Of a DNA stretch of 64,000 bases, positions 35,629 through 45,772 are shown piece by piece. Made by a program: the position numbers and the translations under genes. How positions within the stretch are numbered: position 1 is the first letter of the stretch; each line of letters opens with the position of its first letter. This stretch comes from an uncultured Acidobacteriota bacterium (GTDB taxonomy: Bacteria > Acidobacteriota > Vicinamibacteria > Vicinamibacterales > UBA8438). The stretch spans positions 128,001-192,000 of the forward strand of contig CAJWLU010000005.1 in the NCBI GenBank assembly GCA_913043225.1, written 5' to 3'. The notes beneath the pieces are model-generated. The model did not search any database. It saw only the letters and a list, made by a program, of their open reading frames with translations, and had not been told where the DNA came from.

Positions 35629-36387
35629 GTGGAACCTCAGCAGTATCAGCAACTCGCGAACACCGAGGACCGTCACTGGTGGCATCGGTCACGTCAGCGG
35701 CTCGTGGCGCACCACCTGGACGGATTGGACCTCGGGCATCGTGCTAGGATTCTGGACGTCGGATGCGGCACAGGAGGAACAACCAGATTCCTGCTCGGCT
35801 ACGGCTCGGTTGTGGGACTCGATCGGTCCGAACATTCACTCGCCCACGCCAGGAAAAAAGCTCCGCAGGCTATGCTCGTGCAAGGGGACGCCAACCAGCT
35901 CGGACAGCTGTTCGCGCCAGGCTCGTTCGACCTCATCACCTTCTTCAACGTGCTGTATCACCGCTGGATGGAGGACGACCAGTCCATCCTCTCCGACGCC
36001 GCGCGTCTATTGGCGCCAGGCGGACACCTACTGCTGACCGAACCGGCCTTCCAGGTCTTGTGGCGAGAGCACGACCGCCTCGATATGGGGAAGAGACGCT
36101 ATCGCATGCGTGACTTCACCCTATTCTTCGACACCGCCGGGCTCGAATCGGTGACAGGCCAGTATTTCAACGCGCTGGCTGTCCCGGCCTGCCTGACCCT
36201 GGCCGCCCTCGACACGCTTAAACCCCTACGCCGGGACACCTCGGCACAGTCGGGCGAAATGGCCGTCCCTGGCGAGAGGATCAACAAGGCGCTGTACTGG
36301 TACATGGGTCTCGAAACCAGCCTCCTAAGGATGTTCCGTCTGCCGATTGGCGTCACGCTACTCACCATCGCCAGGAGACCGTCGTGA
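35629..36387 (+). CDS. Class I SAM-dependent methyltransferase
   Basis: EDRHWWH, ILDVGCGTG, FDLITFFNVLYH, LAPGG, LWREHD. Confidence 0.9.
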   Translation: MEPQQYQQLANTEDRHWWHRSRQRLVAHHLDGLDLGHRARILDVGCGTGGTTRFLLGYGSVVGLDRSEHSLAHARKKAPQAMLVQGDANQLGQLFAPGSFDLITFFNVLYHRWMEDDQSILSDAARLLAPGGHLLLTEPAFQVLWREHDRLDMGKRRYRMRDFTLFFDTAGLESVTGQYFNALAVPACLTLAALDTLKPLRRDTSAQSGEMAVPGERINKALYWYMGLETSLLRMFRLPIGVTLLTIARRPS

Positions 36388-37370
36388 GCACCGAGTCTAC
36401 GACGACCGATCGGCCCGACATTTCGTTCGTCTCTCCGGCCTACCGGGAACCAAAGAACCTACCGGTACTGTATGACCGCATCAAGGCGGTAATGGATAGG
36501 CTGGGACGCACGTGGGAGTGGATCATCGTCGACGACCATTCGCCGGACGAGACCTTCGACATCATCACGCAACTCGCGGCAGCCGACCCGCGGGTCCGCG
36601 GCGTCCGGCTGGCACGGAACTACAGCTCGCACACGGCGATCACCTGTGGCCTGCATCAGGCGGCTGGCGCGTGCGCGGTGGTCCTCGCCGCCGACCTGCA
36701 GGATCCCCCAGAGATAGTCCCCGAGCTGATCGAGCCCTGGGAACGGGGTGCCCAGGTGGTCTGGGCGGTCCGAGGGAAGCGCCTGGGCGAAAAGCGTAGG
36801 ACCGTCTTCTTCGCGCGCCTCTTCTACATCCTGGTACGCAACTTCGTCGGTATGAAGGAGATGCCGGCGACAGGCGCCGACTTCTTCCTCTTGGACCGGC
36901 GGGCCATCGACGGATTCTGCCAGTTTGGCGAAACCAACGTCCACATCCTCGCCCTGATCACGTGGATGGGGTTCCGTCAGGAAACCATCGTCTACACGAA
37001 GCAGGCGCGGCTGCACGGAAAGTCAGCGTTTAACTTTGAGAAGCGGATGCAGCTCGTGCTTGACTGCATCACCTCCTTCACGACGCGCCCGATCCGGTTG
37101 ATGGGACTGATCGGGTTCCTGGTATCGCTGGTCGGTTTCGTCCTCGCGGGGCGGATCATCTGGGAAGTGTTCGTGCTGGACACCGGTCCGCCGGAAGGAT
37201 ACGCGTCGCTTATGGTCGCCGTACTCGTGATCGGCGGCATCCAGATGCTGATGATGGGAGTTCTCGGCGAGTATCTCTGGCGAGCCTTGGACGAGGCGCG
37301 TCGCCGCCCCCGCTTCCTCATTGAAGCGCATACCTCCTCTCCACCCAACTCCCCGTCGGCGCCGAAGTAA
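36384..37370 (+). CDS. Glycosyltransferase family 2, polyprenyl-phosphate glycosyltransferase (GtrB/YkcC-like)
   Basis: PAYRE, VDDHSPD, ARNYSSH, ADLQDPPE, two C-terminal TM helices, GEYLWR..RRRPRF. Confidence 0.9.
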   Translation: MSTESTTTDRPDISFVSPAYREPKNLPVLYDRIKAVMDRLGRTWEWIIVDDHSPDETFDIITQLAAADPRVRGVRLARNYSSHTAITCGLHQAAGACAVVLAADLQDPPEIVPELIEPWERGAQVVWAVRGKRLGEKRRTVFFARLFYILVRNFVGMKEMPATGADFFLLDRRAIDGFCQFGETNVHILALITWMGFRQETIVYTKQARLHGKSAFNFEKRMQLVLDCITSFTTRPIRLMGLIGFLVSLVGFVLAGRIIWEVFVLDTGPPEGYASLMVAVLVIGGIQMLMMGVLGEYLWRALDEARRRPRFLIEAHTSSPPNSPSAPK

Positions 37371-37463
37371 ACCGATGACCGATACGCCTCCCGCCCGGCG
37401 GGAGCGTCTCGCCGTGGCCTGCCTGGCCAAGGCCGCCGCGCAGTACGAACTGCTGGACCCAGA

Positions 37464-38009
37464 CTAGCCGTGGTCTTTCCGTGCCTTCGGCTTGTAGTAC
37501 TTCCGGTAGTCCTGGACTACCCCTCGTCTGAAGAACCAGGCCCCAAGCGGCCCCAGCCACCGGAGTACGAAGTGCATGTGGCGCAGGTCGGTCAACTCGA
37601 TCAGGTTGCCGTCAGGATCCTTCACGAAGAAGAGAGTATGTCCGTGAGGCGAGCGCTCGACCGGACTGACCATCTCCACCCCCCGCGCCTTGAGATGGTC
37701 ATACCAGCGCCGAATGTTCCGGACGTCGAAACAGAGGTGCGTCAAGCCCACCTGGTTCCAGGCGACGCCGGCCGGCGCTTGGTCGGGACGGAACTCGAAG
37801 ATCTCGATCACGGCCCCGCCGGGAACCCGGATCCAACCGATCTTGCAGGTCGGGTGTTTAGCATCGACACCGAAGAACGCCTTCACGCGTTCTTCGGGCG
37901 CGTCGGACACCCCCACCAGGGGACACCCGAAGACCTCCCAGTAGAACTTCACCGCCCGGTTGAAGTCGGCCACGGTGATCCCGACGTGATTGAACGATCG
38001 GACGCGCAC
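37464..38009 (-). CDS. VOC (glyoxalase/epimerase) family protein with amphipathic C-terminal extension
   Basis: NHVGITV, IEIFEF, THLCFDV, KDPDGNLIEL; GTG 38009 follows AGGAGAGAGG. Confidence 0.88.
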   Translation of the reverse strand: MRVRSFNHVGITVADFNRAVKFYWEVFGCPLVGVSDAPEERVKAFFGVDAKHPTCKIGWIRVPGGAVIEIFEFRPDQAPAGVAWNQVGLTHLCFDVRNIRRWYDHLKARGVEMVSPVERSPHGHTLFFVKDPDGNLIELTDLRHMHFVLRWLGPLGAWFFRRGVVQDYRKYYKPKARKDHG

Positions 38010-38022
38010 GCCTCTCTCCTTC

Positions 38023-39585
38023 CTACCCGGACTCGCCCTGCGCCATTTCCACCTGATCGCCGACACCGGTCGGACGTCGCCACTCTGTGTCGCGAATATG
38101 GTCGGCCACCCGTAGCGCCTGAGCCACGATCGTCAGCCCGGGGTTCACCGCAGCCGAGGAGGGAAAGAACGACGCATCGACAACGAACAGGTTCTCCACA
38201 TCGTGAGTCCGGCAGTACGGATCAAGTACCGACACGGCCGGATCGGTCCCGAAGCAGGCCGTCCCGCACTGGTGTGTCGTGTTAGCGGTGTTATGGGAAT
38301 GCACATACTGGATGTACATCCCGAGGCCGCGTAGCATCGCTCGAACTTCCTCAACGAGGCGCCGGTGCGCGCCCTCGTTGGTCGGGCGATAGGTCAACTG
38401 AATCTGACCATCGGCGGTCACCGTCACGCGATTGTCGGGGTCTGGCAGATCTTCGGTCATCGCCAACCAGTCAAATCCACGAGCCACCCAGTAGTCGTAG
38501 AATGCCCGCGGCACGATCGGCACCACTGTCTGAGCCATGACCCCGTGCGTCCGTCCCTGTGACTGGATCTGCCCCAGTGGATGTCCGCCGTCCGGCCCCT
38601 TGAGGTAGAAGTCGTTGATGGCCACGGTTTTCTGGAACACCGTGGGATTCCGGCGAAACGGATGGAAGCCAGCCATCATCGTGGCCAGGTGCGCCATGTA
38701 CCGGCGCCCGACGAGACCGGACGAGTTTCCGACCCCGTCGGGATGGGTACCGTTTGCCGAACCAAGCAGCAGCGCGGCGGAGTTCACGGCGCCGCAACAC
38801 ACCGCCACCAGATCCGCTTCTACGGACGTCCGGTCGTCCCCTCGTGCCACGACCACTCCGACCACACGTCGACCGGAACCATCGGTCTGCAGCCGCTCCA
38901 CGAGGGCACCGGTCCACAGCGTCACATTCGGGTAGGAAGCCAGCGGCCGGACGCAACACACGTCGGCGTCGCTCTTGGCTTCGCGGTGACACGGAAACGA
39001 GTTACACGTGTCGCAGAGCACACACCCGTCCGGCGCGCCAATGTCGCGCAGGCCGAGCGGGAGCGGCGAAGGGTGCAGGCCTTGGGCTCGGATCCTCTCC
39101 AGGTAGCCCGACACCGTGGGCTCATGGGGCACGGCTGGAAACGGGAACGGACCGCGTGGCGGCTCGGTGGGATCATCACCTGAGTCTCCGTGGACATGGT
39201 AGAGACGCTCGGCCCGGTCGTAGTACGGCGCGAGCGTGTCGTAGTCGACCGGCCAGGCTGGCGACACGCCATCGACATGCTCGATCTCGCCGAAATCCTC
39301 CCGGCGCAGCCGATACAACACGCCGCCCCAGAACTTGGTGTTTCCCCCGACGCAGTAATGCATGTACGGGCGGAACGGAGCGCCGGCGCCGTCGAGCCAG
39401 GAGTCGTGGGCGCGATACCTAAGGTTCTTCCAGACAGCGGCCGGGTCTCGGTTCTCCGGCTCCCGTGGAATGGTCTCCCCGCGTTCGATTAGCAGAATGT
39501 CGGCGCCGGTCTCGGCCAGCGCATGCGCCAGTGTTCCCCCGCCGGCACCGCTGCCGATGATGACAAGGTCGAATCGACGACTCAT
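38023..39585 (-). CDS. GMC family FAD oxidoreductase
   Basis: IIGSGAGGG, VGGNTKFWG, HQCGT, NLFVVDASFFP, NPGLT; ATGA overlap with the upstream gene. Confidence 0.92.
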   Translation of the reverse strand: MSRRFDLVIIGSGAGGGTLAHALAETGADILLIERGETIPREPENRDPAAVWKNLRYRAHDSWLDGAGAPFRPYMHYCVGGNTKFWGGVLYRLRREDFGEIEHVDGVSPAWPVDYDTLAPYYDRAERLYHVHGDSGDDPTEPPRGPFPFPAVPHEPTVSGYLERIRAQGLHPSPLPLGLRDIGAPDGCVLCDTCNSFPCHREAKSDADVCCVRPLASYPNVTLWTGALVERLQTDGSGRRVVGVVVARGDDRTSVEADLVAVCCGAVNSAALLLGSANGTHPDGVGNSSGLVGRRYMAHLATMMAGFHPFRRNPTVFQKTVAINDFYLKGPDGGHPLGQIQSQGRTHGVMAQTVVPIVPRAFYDYWVARGFDWLAMTEDLPDPDNRVTVTADGQIQLTYRPTNEGAHRRLVEEVRAMLRGLGMYIQYVHSHNTANTTHQCGTACFGTDPAVSVLDPYCRTHDVENLFVVDASFFPSSAAVNPGLTIVAQALRVADHIRDTEWRRPTGVGDQVEMAQGESG

Positions 39586-40574
39586 GAGCCGGTCGTCACC
39601 CCCCCCGCGGTCGCATAGATCCGCTCCATCAGACGCTGGTCCGCCATCGCCGCCTCGAGACACATCTCCGGCGCGCGGGCGCCACGGATCGCTCCGGCAA
39701 AGTCGCGATACATCGCCTGGTAGCCCCGGACATCCCGGAACCCCGGAAACAGTAGCCTCGGCCCACGAACACCGCGGACCAGGACGAACCCTCCGTTGGA
39801 CTCAAAGGAAATGATGCCTCTCCGCCCGAAGAGCTTCGACACCCGGAGCCCGCGGAGCAAGGACGGGACTTCGCGCGAGTAGTAGAGGCTCCCCACAGCG
39901 CCGTTGTCATAGCTGAAGGCGACCATCATGCTCTTCACGCGCCGGTCGGGACCCTCTGCGGACGGTATCGGTCGGAACCCGCGCACCTCGGTCATGCGCG
40001 GTCCGAGGCTGTTGGCCACGTGCAACCAGTGGATACCCTCCTCGAAGAAGGCGTCCCCTCCCGCCATGGTCTCGTCGTTTCGCCAGTCGTCAGCCTGCTT
40101 GTAGCGCTTTACCAACGTCGTGAAGTGCGCGAAGACCAACTCGCCGATCGCGTCCTCAGCCAGCAACGTCCGGAGGCATCTGGCCAACGGCTTGTAGTGG
40201 TCGTTCTCGCCTACCAGCACCACCCGCACCGCGGCGTCTCGGGCCGCCCGAACCTGTTCATAGTCCGCCAGGGTCGGAAACGCGGGCTTCTCGACCAGGA
40301 CGTGCTTGCCGGCGGCGAGCGCGGCGAGCGTCCACTCGAGATGGAACCGGGGCGGCACGGCAACCACCACGGCGTCGACCGATGGGTCCTCGAGAGCCGC
40401 CTGGTAGCTGCCGTAGCTGCGAACTCCGAAGAAACGTCCTCTCCAAGCTTCCGCCTTGGCGGCATCTCGGCTAGCGTAGCTGCACCGCACCAAATCGGAG
40501 AGGCGCTTAAGGTGCCGGCTGTGAACGCCGGTGATAAACCCACAGCCGAGGAACGCAACATGGATCGGTGACAT
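39582..40574 (-). CDS. Gfo/Idh/MocA oxidoreductase
   Basis: AFLGCGFI, GKHVLVEKP, GGDAFFEEGIH. Confidence 0.9.
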   Translation of the reverse strand: MSPIHVAFLGCGFITGVHSRHLKRLSDLVRCSYASRDAAKAEAWRGRFFGVRSYGSYQAALEDPSVDAVVVAVPPRFHLEWTLAALAAGKHVLVEKPAFPTLADYEQVRAARDAAVRVVLVGENDHYKPLARCLRTLLAEDAIGELVFAHFTTLVKRYKQADDWRNDETMAGGDAFFEEGIHWLHVANSLGPRMTEVRGFRPIPSAEGPDRRVKSMMVAFSYDNGAVGSLYYSREVPSLLRGLRVSKLFGRRGIISFESNGGFVLVRGVRGPRLLFPGFRDVRGYQAMYRDFAGAIRGARAPEMCLEAAMADQRLMERIYATAGGVTTGS

Positions 40575-40589
40575 GAGCCCCTCGGCCGG

Positions 40590-43292
40590 CTACTCCAGCG
40601 ACACCGAGACGGTGCATCCGAGCATCCGCCGGTCGGTAGATTCCGGGTCCACTTCGGCCGGCACGAAACCTGTTTCTGGCGCCAAGCTGACGGCAACCAG
40701 ACGACCATTTGATTCGACTGGCACGATCAACTCACTGGCCGCCCAGGCCTCGAGCTCAAGCGTCTCGCTCACGGTGCCGGCCGTGACCGTGATCCGATTC
40801 GCCACCCCGCCATTGCGAACCGTCAGCCTTACAGCATCCGCGTTCCCTGGCGCCACCATCCACTCCGATACCCGCCCCCCCTGAACCCAGCTATTCTCCG
40901 TCTCAACGTAGGTGAACCGATCGAGAAAGAACAGAAAGCCACCGGTCGCCGCGGCGAGCGGCTTCAGCGACCGGATACGACCCACGTCGCGCTTCATGTC
41001 CGGAGCCACGACAGCGCGCGGCACCACCGCCACCGCCGAGATGCGCTCGGCTAGCTCCGGTGTAGTTGCTCCGACACGGAGCGCGGTCAGATCGACCGGA
41101 AGCTCGAACCCTACGACCGCGGGGGTCATCCGACGGCCGTCAGTCGTGACCACGGTACCGTTCGTCCGGTCGTAGGAGAGGAACACCTCCCCCTCGACCT
41201 GCTGCCGTTCCGAAAACCAGACGAGCAAGTCATACTGGCCGGCCGGCAGATCGAACGCCGGGGTGAGTTCAGCGGGATTGGAAACCGCCCCTGGGGTGAA
41301 CCGATACTCGACGGAGGCCCGCTCCAGAAGAGTGGGCTCGTCGAGCCAGCCGGCTCCGCCATATTCGTACGCGTGCAGACTCGGCCCAGGGTAGGCATGA
41401 AGCAGCTGTTGGCGTCCCACACCCGCGGCCGTCGCCGCCCGCGCGCTGGGAAGCGCCGAGGCGGCGAGGAGACTCCCCGACGCCAGGAACACCAGTCCGG
41501 CAGTCACCGCGCTCCAGTACGGGCCGACCGCCACCCGACGAACCGCCAGCGCGGCGATGACACCAGCCACCACCCAGACCAGCATGGCAGGCAGCTGGAC
41601 GAGGATGGCCGGATCGATAAAGCTCGGCAGCGCCGCAGTGAGCGGCGCGCTTCCCTGTAACGACTCAACGAGCCGCCCCGTGCCGTCGCGGTCGTTATAC
41701 ATGAGCCTGGCCGCCGGATACGCCAGCACCGCCGCGAAGGTCAGGACGCTGTAGCCGAGTCCGAGCGCCATGGCGCCTCTGGCCGGCGCGCCATCGAACA
41801 CGCGCCAGGCGTAGGCCAGCATCGGTCCCAGTAGAGGCAACAGCGGGACGATGAATCGCGCCGGGACGCTGGTGCCGCCCCACCACATGTAGTACTGCGT
41901 GGTGCTGGCCAGGAACGGCACGATCACCAACACGCTCCCCATGAGATACCAGCGCAGGCCCCGGTCACGCGCCATGGCCCAGGCACCGCAGAGCGCAGCC
42001 GCGAAGATCGGCGTGTAGGGCAACAAGCCGTACTCCTGATCGAACGCCAACCCGAGCACCCCGCGGGGGATGTTGAACAGATCCAGCTCTGCTCCAGACG
42101 AATAGTTATAGGCCACCGTGGGGTTAATGTCGCCGTACATCACCCAGAACGAGGCGAACCACGCCAGCGCCGAGACGCCGATCGGGGTAAGGAAGGCCAC
42201 GGCCAATCGCCAGCGCGGCCAGAGCCGTTGGGCCAGCCACAGCCCCGCCACGAACAGCAACAGCGAGAACTTCATGTGCAACCAGGGCAGCAGGCTGAGC
42301 GCCAGTCCTCGCCAGATCCAGGGCCCCGCCCGCTCGGGCAAGGGTCCCAGCAGCCAGAGCACGGCCCACGCCATGAGCAAGGCGGCAGGCATCTCTGGAA
42401 ACAGCAGATGGCTCTGCAGACCGAACGGGATACTCAAGGTAACGGCCGCCCAGGTCGCCACGGCGATCGCTGGCGACGACATCAGGAGGGCCGCGTCATA
42501 GACGGCCAGCGCCGCCAGCGTGGCCAGCAGCCCCACGACGGTCAGCGCGCCCCACTCTCCAGCCACCGCGTAGGCGGGCATCATGAGCGCCGGCAGGCCC
42601 GGGGCATGAATGGAATACACGATGCCATCCCGACCCCGGGCCAGATAGTGCATCGGCAGTTCGGCGTTGTTGAATGACGCGTAGTCGCGGGACTCATGAT
42701 TATTCTCGATACGCAGGTCCTGATCCGCGTAGAGACTGTGAGTAACGACCAGATAGTGAGGCTCATCGCCCCCGAATCCTTGCACCCGCTTGACGTAGTG
42801 GCCGACACCGATAAACACCACCAGGCTGGCAGCAATGACGAACCGGCGGGCCGACCACCGCCACCCCGGCCAGCGCAGCTGCCCCTGGTCACGGGCGGCC
42901 CAGGCGACCCCCGCGACTGCGGTCGCGGCCACCACCCATCGAAGTGGCCCGGCCAGCAACAACAGCAACGGCAACTCGGTCGTCAACCAGGGCAGGTAGG
43001 GCAGCACCCAGAGCCACAACAGCAGGAGCGGGGCGAGCATTCGCGCGAGAACCGGCAGGGCCCGGTCGCGCCGCCTCCACCGCAAGGCCAGCACCCAGAC
43101 CAGACCGCTCCCCAGCGCACAGGCCAGGAACAACCACAGGGGCGAGACCAGGAGCGCCACTCGCGCGGGACCCTCATCGCCCCAAGCCACGATGTGCTGG
43201 GAGGCTGGTACCAGCCAGGCGGCCGCCCCCAGACCGAGGCCGACCCCTTGAAGGAGCAGGGGCACCCGCCAGTCAGATTGCGCGGGAGTCAT
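40590..43292 (-). CDS. Large GT-C-like polytopic membrane protein with C-terminal periplasmic domains
   Basis: N-terminal TMs, GGDEPHYLVVTHSLYADQDL loop, SIHAPG, FDQEYGLL, WWGGTSVPARF, about 270-aa soluble tail ending DRRMLG; start at ATG 43292. Confidence 0.7.
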   Translation of the reverse strand: MTPAQSDWRVPLLLQGVGLGLGAAAWLVPASQHIVAWGDEGPARVALLVSPLWLFLACALGSGLVWVLALRWRRRDRALPVLARMLAPLLLLWLWVLPYLPWLTTELPLLLLLAGPLRWVVAATAVAGVAWAARDQGQLRWPGWRWSARRFVIAASLVVFIGVGHYVKRVQGFGGDEPHYLVVTHSLYADQDLRIENNHESRDYASFNNAELPMHYLARGRDGIVYSIHAPGLPALMMPAYAVAGEWGALTVVGLLATLAALAVYDAALLMSSPAIAVATWAAVTLSIPFGLQSHLLFPEMPAALLMAWAVLWLLGPLPERAGPWIWRGLALSLLPWLHMKFSLLLFVAGLWLAQRLWPRWRLAVAFLTPIGVSALAWFASFWVMYGDINPTVAYNYSSGAELDLFNIPRGVLGLAFDQEYGLLPYTPIFAAALCGAWAMARDRGLRWYLMGSVLVIVPFLASTTQYYMWWGGTSVPARFIVPLLPLLGPMLAYAWRVFDGAPARGAMALGLGYSVLTFAAVLAYPAARLMYNDRDGTGRLVESLQGSAPLTAALPSFIDPAILVQLPAMLVWVVAGVIAALAVRRVAVGPYWSAVTAGLVFLASGSLLAASALPSARAATAAGVGRQQLLHAYPGPSLHAYEYGGAGWLDEPTLLERASVEYRFTPGAVSNPAELTPAFDLPAGQYDLLVWFSERQQVEGEVFLSYDRTNGTVVTTDGRRMTPAVVGFELPVDLTALRVGATTPELAERISAVAVVPRAVVAPDMKRDVGRIRSLKPLAAATGGFLFFLDRFTYVETENSWVQGGRVSEWMVAPGNADAVRLTVRNGGVANRITVTAGTVSETLELEAWAASELIVPVESNGRLVAVSLAPETGFVPAEVDPESTDRRMLGCTVSVSLE

Positions 43293-43311
43293 GAAGGGTC
43301 CCGGAGCGCTC

Positions 43312-44289
43312 CTACTCAGGCACCGCGGCCGGCTCGTCGACCGGGCGGTCAAGCAACTCCCGGATGTAGTACGTGGGTTTCCCCTGGGACTCGTGGTAGG
43401 TGCGCGCCTGCATCTCGGCCAGCAACCCCAACGTGACCAACTGAACCCCTGTAAACGCGAGCAGAATCCCAAGTAGGAGCAGCGGTCGGTCCCCGATGGC
43501 CTGCGCCTCGAACAGCCGCACATACCCGAGGTAGGCGGTAATGAGCACCCCGGCCCCTCCCATCGCAAGACCGACAAGGCCGAAGATCTGGAGCGGCCGG
43601 GTCGAATAGCTCAGCAGGAACTTAACGGTCGCCAGGTCCAGGAGGACCCGGATCGTCCGCGAGATGCCATACTTCGAGCGGCCGTGCTGTCTGGCTCGAT
43701 GGTTTACCACGACCTCGGCAATGCGCACTCCCTGTTCACTCGCAATCGCCGGGATGAACCGATGCATCTCTCCGTACAGCCGTAGCGACTTCACCACCTC
43801 GGCCCTGAAGACCTTTAATGAACAGCCGTAGTCATGGAGGCGGACACCGGTCGCGCGAGAAATCAGCGCGTTGGCCAGGGTCGACGGCAGCCGGCGGTTA
43901 ATCCAGGCGTCCTTTCGCGCCTTGCGCCAGCCGCAGACGATGTCGTACCCCTCCTCGAGCTTGTCGACCATCCGGGGGATATCGCGCAGGTCATTCTGCA
44001 GGTCACCATCCGCCGTCACAATGAGACGCCCACGCGCGCGGGCGAATCCGGCGGAGAAGGCGGCGGTCTGACCGAAATTGCGGCGAAGTCTGACTACCCT
44101 GACCCGAGCGTCGGCGACGTGCAGCGCGCTCAGAATCGAAAAGGTCTCGTCGGTGCTCCCGTCATCGACGAGGATCACCTCGTAGGAGCGTCCCCACGCC
44201 TCGAGGGTCTCCGTCAGCTCGCGACACAGTGCCTCGACGTTGGGCGCCTCGTCCAGGAGGGGAATGACAACCGACAGCTCTGGACCCAT
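43312..44289 (-). CDS. Glycosyltransferase family 2, polyprenyl-phosphate glycosyltransferase (ArnC-like)
   Basis: VDDGSTD, RNFGQTAA, DGDLQND, LHDYGCSLK, GEMHRFIP, two C-terminal TMs; perfect TATAAT 14 nt upstream (44304-44309). Confidence 0.92.
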   Translation of the reverse strand: MGPELSVVIPLLDEAPNVEALCRELTETLEAWGRSYEVILVDDGSTDETFSILSALHVADARVRVVRLRRNFGQTAAFSAGFARARGRLIVTADGDLQNDLRDIPRMVDKLEEGYDIVCGWRKARKDAWINRRLPSTLANALISRATGVRLHDYGCSLKVFRAEVVKSLRLYGEMHRFIPAIASEQGVRIAEVVVNHRARQHGRSKYGISRTIRVLLDLATVKFLLSYSTRPLQIFGLVGLAMGGAGVLITAYLGYVRLFEAQAIGDRPLLLLGILLAFTGVQLVTLGLLAEMQARTYHESQGKPTYYIRELLDRPVDEPAAVPE

Positions 44290-44321
44290 AGAGTGGCCAG
44301 AGGATTATATAACTCCACCGC

Positions 44322-44909
44322 TTAGGCCCGTGCTCGGCGCCAGAAGAGGCCGCCCACGACACCCAGCACCACCAGCGCCAGGACGACGCCGGTAATGGCC
44401 GGACCGTGGGCGCGGATCAACTCCAGCGCCTGGTCGCCATAGCGCACCGCCAACGCACCTTCACCGAAGTACCGCACTCCCCGGCCGACGCTCACTGCCA
44501 CCAAGAACCGCCAGACCGGTAACCTGGTGACGCCCGACAGGAGGACGAAGACCTTGAACGGCGCGGGCGGCGGAAGCAGGGCGGGCACGACGACGGCCAG
44601 CACACCAAAGCGTTCGAACAGCCGCATGGCCGACTCCAGCCGGGGTCCGGCAACCCAGCGGCGGAGCAACGCATCGCCCCCTTTCCGCCCTAGAGCATAG
44701 AGCACCAGGCAACCGGCCAGCGATCCGGCCGTCGCCATGCCCGCGTAGTAGGGCATCAGGGCTTCGTTGCGGATGACCATCATGACCAGCAGCACGTCGT
44801 TAATCTCGGGAAGCGAGACGAAGGAAGAATCGAGGAAGGCGACGAAGAACAGACCGGCGCCCCCGAGCGAGGATACGAACGATTCGAGCCAGTCGACCAG
44901 GCGTGCCAT
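44322..44909 (-). CDS. DedA/VTT (YqaA-like) membrane protein
   Basis: FLDSSFVSLP, GSLAG..LYALGRKGG, PPPAPFK, GRGVRY; start at ATG 44909. Confidence 0.88.
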   Translation of the reverse strand: MARLVDWLESFVSSLGGAGLFFVAFLDSSFVSLPEINDVLLVMMVIRNEALMPYYAGMATAGSLAGCLVLYALGRKGGDALLRRWVAGPRLESAMRLFERFGVLAVVVPALLPPPAPFKVFVLLSGVTRLPVWRFLVAVSVGRGVRYFGEGALAVRYGDQALELIRAHGPAITGVVLALVVLGVVGGLFWRRARA

Positions 44910-44998
44910 GGAAAGGCCGCCGCCCGCCTGTGACAATTGCGAGCGACGGCCGAAGTATACCGGCAAGAGATAACGGCAGGATGACTCCCGCGATCGGA

Positions 44999-45694
44999 TC
45001 AAAATCCGATACTAACCGTCAACGACGAGGTCAGCCCGCCCAGGTCGATCCGCTCGTCCAGGAATCCCTGGTCAATGCCGACCGCGCCGATTACGTCCTG
45101 ATATCGGACTTCACCACCGATGCCGAACCGCTCGCTCATCTGAAATCTGATGCCCGCCAAATAGACCAGTCCCACGTCGTTTCCGCTCGCCACGAAGCGG
45201 TCGCGAAAGACGTCAAACGTGTTGAAGTCGATAAACTCCCCTACCTCGCTGTAGCGCCAGTTGAATAACCCGATACCGACGCCCCCATAGGGCTGGACCG
45301 GTTCTCCCAGGCTGAAGGGGAAAAACCTGACGCTGGCAGTCATCGGCGTCACCCGCAATTTGAAGTCCTGTGGAATCTCGGTACCGTCGTCGTTAACGAA
45401 GTCGTTGTAGACGCTCAGTACGGTCTTCCGGTAGAAGCCAACCCCAACGCCGACCTCGAGGAAGTCACCCGTCTCGACCAGCCATTCGGCGCCAACGCTG
45501 CCTCCCCGGAAGTCATCGACCGTGAACGCAAAGAGACCGAGGTTCTCGACCACCACATCGTCATCGATCCGGGTATCCTCCCCCTGAAGAGAAAAAGCGC
45601 CGACATTCAGGCTTAATCTGTGCGTTTGCGCCTCGACCGGCGCCGCCATGAACGCGACCGCACCCAACATCACGCGCACCAGCAACGTCCTCAT
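44999..45694 (-). CDS. Outer-membrane beta-barrel protein (OmpW/OMP-like)
   Basis: AGGAGG RBS, signal peptide ending PVEA-Q, QPYGGVGIG, terminal Phe. Confidence 0.82.
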   Translation of the reverse strand: MRTLLVRVMLGAVAFMAAPVEAQTHRLSLNVGAFSLQGEDTRIDDDVVVENLGLFAFTVDDFRGGSVGAEWLVETGDFLEVGVGVGFYRKTVLSVYNDFVNDDGTEIPQDFKLRVTPMTASVRFFPFSLGEPVQPYGGVGIGLFNWRYSEVGEFIDFNTFDVFRDRFVASGNDVGLVYLAGIRFQMSERFGIGGEVRYQDVIGAVGIDQGFLDERIDLGGLTSSLTVSIGF

Positions 45695-45755
45695 CGCATG
45701 CCTCCTGCTCGGGCCAGCACCTCGGTCGGCGCTCGCGCCCGCTGCCTTCTGGTAA

Positions 45756-45772
45756 AGCAGGATTGGTGCCAG
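45756..45772 (-). promoter_or_regulatory. Putative sigma54 (-24/-12) promoter
   Basis: CTGGCACCAATCCTGCT has GG-N10-GC spacing, about 60 nt upstream of the barrel gene; AT-rich TAAGTTACTGGAAAATATA further upstream. Confidence 0.55.

Noticed and set aside
40590..43577. ORF-track N-terminal extensions (here, and at 13891, 25605, 27849, 32706, 32966, 55068 and 56224)
   Set aside because: They overlap neighbouring genes or promoters and look non-coding; starts were moved to motif- or RBS-supported codons.
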